The notes beneath the pieces were generated by a model, which saw only the letters and a list, made by a program, of their open reading frames with translations, ran no database searches and was not told where the DNA came from. A program made the position numbers and the translations under genes. From contig CAWHWW010000019.1 of assembly GCA_963833135.1 (NCBI GenBank), positions 384,699-448,698 on the forward strand: a stretch of DNA of 64,000 nt. The letters are read 5' to 3'. This document shows positions 57,074 through 64,000 of the stretch, in pieces (the stretch's first letter is position 1; each line of letters starts with the position of its first letter). Origin of the DNA: an uncultured cyanobacterium. GTDB taxonomy: Bacteria; Acidobacteriota; Vicinamibacteria; Vicinamibacterales; UBA2999.

Positions 57074-58919
57074 TATTCTACCGTGACACTCTTCGCCAGA
57101 TTACGCGGCTGATCGACATCGCAGCCGCGACGGACGGCGATGTAGTACGACAAAAGCTGCAACGGCAGCGAAATCACGACCGGCATCAATAGCCGACTGT
57201 GTTGCAGGAACTGCGACGAGGCAATCGCCTGTCGCTCAAGAGCTCCTTCAGCGTCGTGTCGCCTTCTGTCGTGATGGCGATGATCGAGCCGCCGCGAGCC
57301 TTGGCTTCCTGGATGTTGCCCTGCATCTTCTCGAACACGTGATCGTGGGTCGCCAGCGCGACGACCGGCATCTGCTCGTCGATGAGCGCGATCGGGCCGT
57401 GCTTCATCTCCCCTGCCGGATAGCCTTCGGCGTGGATGTAGGAGATCTCCTTCAGCTTGAGCGCACCCTCGAGGGCGATCGGATAGTTGATGCCGCGGCC
57501 CAGATAGAGAAAGTCCGATCGGTTGTAGAACTTCGCCGCGATCTCCTCCAGGTGCTTCGCCGTCTTCAGCGTGTCTTCGAGGATCTGCGGCAGCTGCATC
57601 AGCGCGCTGATGTGCTCGCAGCGCTCCGCCTGCGACAGCGTGCCGCGCACCTCGGCGAGCTTGAGCGCGAGGAGGTAGAGCGCGACGAGTTGCGTCGTGA
57701 AGGCCTTGGTCGACGCCACGCCGATCTCCGGGCCCGGCATGCGTGTAGATCGTGCCTTCGGCCTCTCGCGTGGCCATGCTGCCGACGACGTTGCAGATCG
57801 AAAGGCTACGGGCGCCCTTCCCTTTCGCTTCTCGCAGGGCGGCGAGCGTGTCGGCCGTTTCGCCGGACTGCGTGATGGCGACGGCCAGCGTCTTGTTGTT
57901 GATGATCGGGTCGCGATAGCGGTATTCGGAGCCGTAATCGACTTCGACGGGCAGCTTCGCGAGCTCTTCGATCATGAACTTGCCGACGAGCGCTGCGTGC
58001 CACGACGTGCCGCAGGCGAGCAGCGTGATCTTGTCGATCGGCCTTCAGCTCGGCGTCGGAGATCGCCATCTCGTTCAGGTGCACCTGCCCGGTCTCGAGC
58101 GAGGCGCGGCCGAGCACGGTTTCGCGGACGGCCGACGGCTGCTCGAAGATCTCCTTGAGCATGAAGTGCTTGTAGCCGGCCTTCTCCGCCGAGATCGGGT
58201 CCCAGGTGACGCGGGTCGGCTTGCGTTCGACGGTCTTGCCGTCGAGCGTCATGAACGTCACGCCCGTGAGCCGTCACGACCGCCATTTCGTGGTCGTCGA
58301 GGAACACGACATTGCGGGTGTGGCTCAGGATCGCCGGCACGTCAGAGGCGACAAAGTATTCGCCGTCGCCAATGCCGACGACAATCGGCGGACCGTTACG
58401 GACGGTGACGAGCTTATCCGGATCGTCGGCCGAGAGCAGCACGAGCGCAAAGAGCCCGCGGACGCGTTTCATCGCGCGCAGCACCGCGTGTTCGAGGCCG
58501 TCGTCCTTCCATTCCTTCTGGACGAGATGCGCGACGACCTCGGTGTCGGTCTCCGAGTCGAACGTGTGGCCCTCGGCGACGAGCTCGCGCTTGATCTCGA
58601 GATAATTTTCGATGATGCCGTTGTGGACGACGACGATGCGGCCCGAGCCGTCGCGATGCGGATGCGCGTTCTCTTCAGTCGGGCGGCCATGCGTGGCCCA
58701 TCGCGTGTGGCCAAGGCCATAGACGCCGACGAGCGGCTTTTCTTGAATGGCGTTTTCGAGGTTGATCAACTTGCCGGCGCTGCGCCGCACTTCGACCGCG
58801 CCGTCCTGCACGACGGCGACACCGGCGGAGTCATAGCCGCGATACTCGAGCTTGCGCAATCCCTCGATCAGGACCGGCACGACTGGCTTCGGTCCAACGT
58901 AACCGACAATGCCGCACAT
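57073..58919 (-). CDS. glmS: glutamine-fructose-6-phosphate aminotransferase, four apparent frameshifts (near 58270, 58040, 57740, 57235)
   Basis: MCGIVGYVG start at 58919 (ORF 57972..59123). Further pieces in ORFs 57806..58261, 57073..57975 and 57186..57740. The canonical C-terminus is [11 protein letters not shown]. Confidence 0.9.
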
Positions 58920-58924
58920 AGGGG

Positions 58925-58989
58925 AAACTTGAAGTTGACAGTTAAGAGGTTGACGGTTGACAGTTGAGTTTGCGAGTTTCAGTTTCAGG
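58925..58989. repeat. GTTGACA/GTTTCAG heptamer array
   Basis: gaagttgacagttaagaggttgacggttgacagttgagtttgcgagtttcagtttcagg. It shares gacagttaagag with the 150-bp element. Confidence 0.75.
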
Positions 58990-60394
58990 TTACGGTTTCG
59001 ATTTCGCGTCTTTCCTTCGAGCCACCCATCCCTGTTTATTCTCCTGCCGCGAGCGGCCGATGGCGAGCGCGCCGGCCGGCACATTCGTCGTGACCGCGGA
59101 GCCCGCTGCAATGTATGAGCCATCGGCCAGGGTCACCGGCGCGACGAGCGTGCTGTTGCTGCCGACGAACACGTTCTTCGCCAATCACGGTCTGGTGCTT
59201 CTGCTCGCCGTCGTAGTTGCAGGTGATGGTGCCGGCGCCGACATTGGTCTTTGCGCCAATCGTCGCATCGCCTAGATAGGCGAGGTGATTGGCCTTCGCG
59301 CCCTTGCCCATCACGGTCTTCTTGAGCTCGACGAAGTTACCGATGTGTGCATCCTCGCCGATCTCGGATCCCGGGCGGATGTGCGCGAACGGACCCACAA
59401 AGGAGCCGGTCTCGACTGTGGAATCCGTCACCACAGTGTGGTTCCTCACACACACGCGATCGCCGATCGTCGAGTTGACGATCCGCGCGCCCGAGTGGAT
59501 TTCACAGGCTGCCCCGATCTTGGTCGAGCCTTCGAGAAAGACGCACGGATAAATCACCGTGTCGGCCCCGACGACAACGTCGGCGTCGACGTAGGTGGTC
59601 GCGGGATCGATCAACGTCACGCCCGCGGCCATCAATTCTTCGTTCTTCTGTTGGCGAACCATTGTGCTGACCTCTGCAAGTTCGGTACGGCTGTTGATGC
59701 CGCGAATCTCGTCGGCGCGCTCGACGGTCCACGTCGCCACGGTGCGTTTCTGTTTGCGGTAGATCGCGACGAGATCGGGCAGGTAGTACTCGCCCTGCTT
59801 GTTGGCGGTGCCGATGGTATCGAGCGCGGCGAACAGCGGGGCGAGATCGAAGGCGTAGATGCCGGAATTGATCTCAGCAATCGCCTTCTGCGCGGCGGTG
59901 GTATCGCGCTCCTCGACGATTTTCGAGATGGTGCCGTTGGTGCGAACAATGCGTCCGTATCCAAACGGGCGCTGGAGATGTGCGGTAAGGACGGTGGCGG
60001 CGGCCGCGGCTTCGGCATGCGTGTCGAGGAGCGCCTTCAGCGAAGCAACCGTGAGGAGCGGAACATCGCCCGAGAGCAGGACGACGGTCCCAGTCTTCCC
60101 TTCCAGACGCGCCCGCGACTGGAGCAGCGCGTGACCCGTTCCGAGCTGCTGCTCTTGCGTGACGAACTGGACCTGGGTCCGCTTCGCGAGCGAATGCTGG
60201 ACCTCGTCGCCGCCGTGTCCCACGACCATCGTGATGCTTTTCGGCTGCAGGGCGGCGGCGATCCTGAGAACGCGTTCGACGAGCGTCAGGCCGCCGATCT
60301 TGTGCAGGACCTTGGGCAGGAGGGACTTCATCCGTGTGCCCTTACCGGCGGCGAGGACAACGACGTGTATGTCAGGCACGCGAGGGGAATCCAA
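58990..60394 (-). CDS. glmU: bifunctional GlcNAc-1-P uridyltransferase/GlcN-1-P acetyltransferase, one apparent frameshift near 59185
   Basis: ORF 59036..60394 ([13 protein letters not shown], LbH hexapeptide repeats) continues in ORF 58990..59184 ([17 protein letters not shown]). TTG or GTG start. Confidence 0.9.
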
Positions 60395-60463
60395 TCCCTG
60401 ATATTAGTCTGACGGCGGGTCCGGTCGTCAGAGGCCCATTTCAAGGACAGTTGGTCGTTTAAC

Positions 60464-61315
60464 CTATTTATTGCGCTCCATTATCTCGTAGACCTTCTTG
60501 GCAGTAAGTCCCAGACGCTCTCCGGTTTCCCTGGCCACGTCTCTCTTGGAGCCAGACTGCTTTAATTCTGTTATTTGACCAAATAATTTAACCACCGACT
60601 CGTCGGTAATCTCCGATGGGACCTCGGATTCAGGATCGACTGGTGGCACCAGGACCGTAAACTCGCCCTGAGGGGCGGTAAATTTAGCCAAGAGCTCGTC
60701 GATCGTGCCCGAAACGAACTCCTCATGAAGCTTTGTGATTTCGCGGCCAATTATTATTGGTCGTTTAACCAATTGATTGAGATCGGCCAACGTTTTCAGC
60801 ACCTTATGAGGTGCCTCGAAGAACACCACTAGCCGATGCCTTGAAGCCTCTGATAGCTGCTCCAGCCATAATTTGCGGTCTTTTAGCCTAATTGGCGGGA
60901 AGCCGAGGAACGTGAAGCCCTGCGACGACACCCCTGACGCGGATATGGCTGCCGCGACGGCGCTTGCTCCTGGGATTGGCTCCACCCTGAAGCCGGCACC
61001 GCGAATTGCCGCAACCAGTGCGGCACCGGGGTCCGAGATTCCAGGGGTCCCAGCGTCGGTCACAAGGGCAACCGACTCCCCTTTCGCAAGCTGCGCCTTG
61101 ATTCGTTCGACACGTGCCCGCTCGTTGTGCTCGTGCACGCTCAAAATCGCGGTTTCGATGCCGAAATGGCGAAGCAGGATGCCGGTCCGGCGTGTGTCCT
61201 CTGCAGCGACCAGCTGGACCTGTTTCAGGATCTTGATGGCCCGAAGGGTGATGTCGTCCAGGTTGCCGATTGGGGTCGCGACGACGTAGAGAACACCCTT
61301 CGAGTCGCGAGGCAT
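60464..61315 (-). CDS. rsmI: 16S rRNA (cytidine1402-2'-O)-methyltransferase
   Basis: 283 aa. LYVVATPIGNLDDITLRAI, AEDTRRT, LVTDAGTPGISDPG. Confidence 0.9.
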   Translation of the reverse strand: MPRDSKGVLYVVATPIGNLDDITLRAIKILKQVQLVAAEDTRRTGILLRHFGIETAILSVHEHNERARVERIKAQLAKGESVALVTDAGTPGISDPGAALVAAIRGAGFRVEPIPGASAVAAAISASGVSSQGFTFLGFPPIRLKDRKLWLEQLSEASRHRLVVFFEAPHKVLKTLADLNQLVKRPIIIGREITKLHEEFVSGTIDELLAKFTAPQGEFTVLVPPVDPESEVPSEITDESVVKLFGQITELKQSGSKRDVARETGERLGLTAKKVYEIMERNK

Positions 61316-61375
61316 CCGGCCATTTTAAGGTACCATTGTGAGATGGCTCTCCTCCGTTCTTAACCTCAGGAAGGC

Positions 61376-63035
61376 ATGCACGCGGCTGAACCGTTACCTC
61401 ACTTCGTAGACGACTATCTTTCGTTCCTCTATGAGGTGCACCCCACCGGCGCAACGATGGATGGGGTTCACGTCCATGACGATCTGATCGAAGACTACCG
61501 GCGCCCGGCGATCGACACGCACCTCAGCGCGCTCGCCGGCTTCGGTCGCCGGCTCGACAGCATTCCCGTCCACGGACTCCCCGCTCTCGAGCAGATCGAG
61601 CATCAGATCGTTTCGTCGAACATTCGCGCCCGCCAGTTCGAGCTCGAAGCGGTCCGGTCGTGGGAGCGCAACCCGCACGTCTACGCCGACACGCTGGCGT
61701 CGAGCCTGGCAGCGCAGTCGATCTTCACCTACGCGCCCGAGACCGAGCGCGCCCGCCGCGTCCTGTCGAAGTTGCGGCAGGTGCCGCGGCTCGTCCAGGC
61801 CGCGCGCGACAACATCAAGGAACCGCCCGCGATCTTCGTCAAGGTCGGCATCGATACCTGGCGCGGCGCGATGTCGTTCATCGACGCCGACCTGCCGCGC
61901 GCTTTCGCCAACGTCGACGATATGCACCTGCTCGGCGATCTCGCCGACGCGTGCGGCGAAGCGGTGCAGACGATTGGCGCCTACGTCACCGACCTCGAGA
62001 ACGACATTCGGCCGAAGGCCAAGGGCACGTTCCGCCTCGGGCGCGATCGCTTCGAGCAGAAGCTGCGTCTGGAAGAAGGCATCACCCTGCCAATCGATCG
62101 CCTGCTGGCGATCGCGACGCGCGAGCTCGCCGCGACGCAGGAAGAGTTCCGCCAGCTGGCCGGACGCCTGAACGGCGGCGATCCGATCGCGGCGTGGCAC
62201 AAGGCCAAGCGGAAACATCCTGCGGCCGGCGCGCTGCTTGCGACAGCCCGCGAACAGCTCGACGAGCTGCACACGTTCCTGTCGCGCTCGCCGGTGATGT
62301 CGCTGCCCGACAGCGGCACCATTACCGTCGCGCCAACACCGGAATTCTTCCGCTGGTCGTCGGCGAGCATGTGGACGCCGGGCCCGTTCGAATCGAAGCC
62401 GTCGCGCGCGATGTATTACCTGACCGACGTCGATGCGAAGTGGGAGGACGATCGCAAGGGCGAGCACCTGCTCGACTTCAACCTGCCGACGCTCTGGGCG
62501 ATCTCGATCCACGAGGTTTACCCGGGCCACTTCCTTCACTATCAATTCCTGAAAAAGGTGACCTCGAAGGTCAGGAAGTCGACGATGTTTGCGCCGGCCT
62601 CCTACATGGAAGGGTGGGCGCATTACTGCGAGCAGATGATGATCGAGGCGGGTTTTGGCCGCGGCGACCACACGCTCAAGCTCGGCCAGCTCGCCGAGTC
62701 CCTGGTCCGCCTGGCCCGATTCGTCGTCGGCATCCGCCTGCACACCGAGGACTGGTCGGTGGAGCAGGGCGTGCGGTTCTTCATGGACGAAGCGTTTCTC
62801 GAGGAATCGAGCGCGCGTCGCGAAGCGGAGCGGGGCACCTTCGATCCGACATATCTGGTGTATTCAGCAGGGAAGTTGATGCTGCTGAAGCTCCGTCATG
62901 ACTGGTATGAAGAGCAGGGCGGCAAGCCCTCGCTGCGCTCGTTCCACGATACGCTGCTCGTCACATGGAGCGGCACCGTTCTGGGCGCTTCGCAAGTTGA
63001 TGCTCGACGGCCATAACGACGTCGTGCTGGAATAA
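61376..63035 (+). CDS. DUF885 family protein (putative metallopeptidase fold), one apparent frameshift near 62960
   Basis: ORF 61376..63016 carries HEVYPGHF. Shifting frame after FHDTLL gives HGAAPFWALRKLMLDGHNDVVLE, ending at the TAA at 63033..63035. Confidence 0.75.
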
Positions 63036-63038
63036 GTC

Positions 63039-63070
63039 GGTTCAGGGGTTCAGGGTTCAGCGTTCAAAGG
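63039..63070. repeat. GGTTCAG heptamer array
   Basis: ggttcaggggttcagggttcagcgttcaaagg. Confidence 0.8.
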
Positions 63071-63076
63071 TCTGAG

Positions 63077-63415
63077 ATGCCGTTATACGAGTACCAGTGC
63101 GAGAAGTGCGCACACCGCTTCGAGGTGATCCAGAAGTTCTCGGATGCGCCGATCGATGTCTGCCCGAAGTGCGGCGGTCCCGTCGTGAAGCTGCTGTCGT
63201 CGCCGGCGATTCAGTTCAAGGGAGCGGGTTGGTACATCACCGACTACGCAAAGCAGGGCAGCAGGGACAGCAAGGACAGCAAGGACCACGCGCCCGCGAG
63301 CTCGTCATCAACCTCGCCGTCGGAATCGAAAACGGAAACGAAGACCGAGACGAAGAGCGAGACGAAGACCGAGACCAAGACCGAGACCAAGACCAAGACG
63401 GAACAATCCGGCTAA
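63077..63415 (+). CDS. FmdB-family zinc-ribbon protein with a repetitive (T-E-T-K)n tail
   Basis: MPLYEYQCEKCAHRFEV to CPKCGG (CxxC, then CxxC). C-terminal SESKTETKTETKSETKTETKTETKTKTEQSG. Confidence 0.85.
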   Translation: MPLYEYQCEKCAHRFEVIQKFSDAPIDVCPKCGGPVVKLLSSPAIQFKGAGWYITDYAKQGSRDSKDSKDHAPASSSSTSPSESKTETKTETKSETKTETKTETKTKTEQSG

Positions 63416-63437
63416 GGCCGGATGCCACGGTGGAGCG

Positions 63438-63460
63438 TCCGCCTTTGGGCGGATTGTTCA
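63438..63460 (+). terminator. Rho-independent-type terminator
   Basis: tccgcc-tttg-ggcgga followed by ttgttcattt, 22 nt after the stop at 63415. The convergent galU end lies adjacent. Confidence 0.6.
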
Positions 63461-64000
63461 TTTCAGGGTTTTCAGATACTCCCGAAACGGTCCTGCGAGA
63501 TCGGGCCGTTTCAACGCGAAGTAGACGCTCGCCTTCAGGAACCCCAGCTTGTTGCCGGTGTCGTGGCGGACGCCGTCCACCTCGCAGGCATAAATCGGAC
63601 GCGACTTCAGCAGGTGGCGCAGGCCGTTGGTGAGCTGAATCTCGCCTGACTTGTCCTTTCCGGTCGCGTGCAGTGAGGTGAAGATGTCCGGCGTCAGGAT
63701 GTAGCGGCCGATGATCGCGAGGTCTGACGGCGCTTCATCGCGCGGCGGCTTCTCGACGAGGTCCTTGACGCGATAGACGCCCTTGCCGAGATCGGGCGCC
63801 GGTTCCCCGGCGATCACGCCGTAGCTCGACACGCTTTCCATCGGGACGCGCTCGACGGCCAGTACCGGCCCGCCCGCGCGATCGAACACATCGATCATCT
63901 GCTTCAGCGCCGGCGGTGTCGCATCGATGACATCGTCCGCGAGGATGACGGCGAACGGTTCATTGCCGACAATGGTCTCGGTGACGAGCACGGCGTGGCC
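63458..64000 (-). CDS. galU: UTP-glucose-1-phosphate uridylyltransferase (partial; N-terminus beyond the window)
   Basis: EPFAVILADDVI, VEKP, GRYILTPDIF, C-terminal end at 63458. The ORF is open at the window edge. Confidence 0.85.
   Translation of the reverse strand, partial: GHAVLVTETIVGNEPFAVILADDVIDATPPALKQMIDVFDRAGGPVLAVERVPMESVSSYGVIAGEPAPDLGKGVYRVKDLVEKPPRDEAPSDLAIIGRYILTPDIFTSLHATGKDKSGEIQLTNGLRHLLKSRPIYACEVDGVRHDTGNKLGFLKASVYFALKRPDLAGPFREYLKTLK

Overview
GC-rich (about two-thirds G+C in hand-counted blocks) bacterial chromosome segment spanning the replication-origin neighbourhood. The conserved block runs parB-parA-rsmG-mnmG-mnmE-jag-yidC-yidD-rnpA-rpmH on the minus strand, then dnaA-dnaN-gyrB-gyrA on the plus strand. 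Also present: an F1Fo ATP synthase operon (b', b, delta, alpha, gamma, beta, epsilon) with subunit a encoded 27 kb away and no c-subunit gene in the window; a glycan/envelope cluster (fcl, neuB-like, NusG paralog, rfaE-like, wzm/wzt); mfd, pcrA/uvrD, glmS, glmU, rsmI; a signalling cluster (hybrid histidine kinase, sigma-28-type sigma factor, sigma-54 enhancer-binding protein); selD, and assorted transporters and enzymes. The lineage looks Acidobacteria-like, but I cannot test that here. No rRNA, tRNA, CRISPR, transposase or integrase was recognised. Three points stand out. (1) Almost every intergenic gap holds hairpins built from 7-9 nt tandem repeats. I count at least ten sequence families, and some copies sit inside coding regions. 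Two larger palindromic elements (about 150 bp and about 115-125 bp) each occur twice. (2) selD is a selenoprotein gene: an in-frame TGA followed by a strong hairpin restores the conserved N-terminus that the ORF track cuts off. (3) About 19 conserved genes, most of them essential housekeeping genes (dnaA, gyrA, gyrB, glmS, glmU, mnmE, yidC, mfd, parA and others), are broken into two to six frame pieces. The junctions I could resolve are single-base changes in short runs, so I read these as sequence or assembly errors, not pseudogenes. Candidate oriC elements (DnaA boxes, an AT-rich stretch) and two parS sites are visible. All calls come from reading the translations and the DNA by eye; no searches were run.
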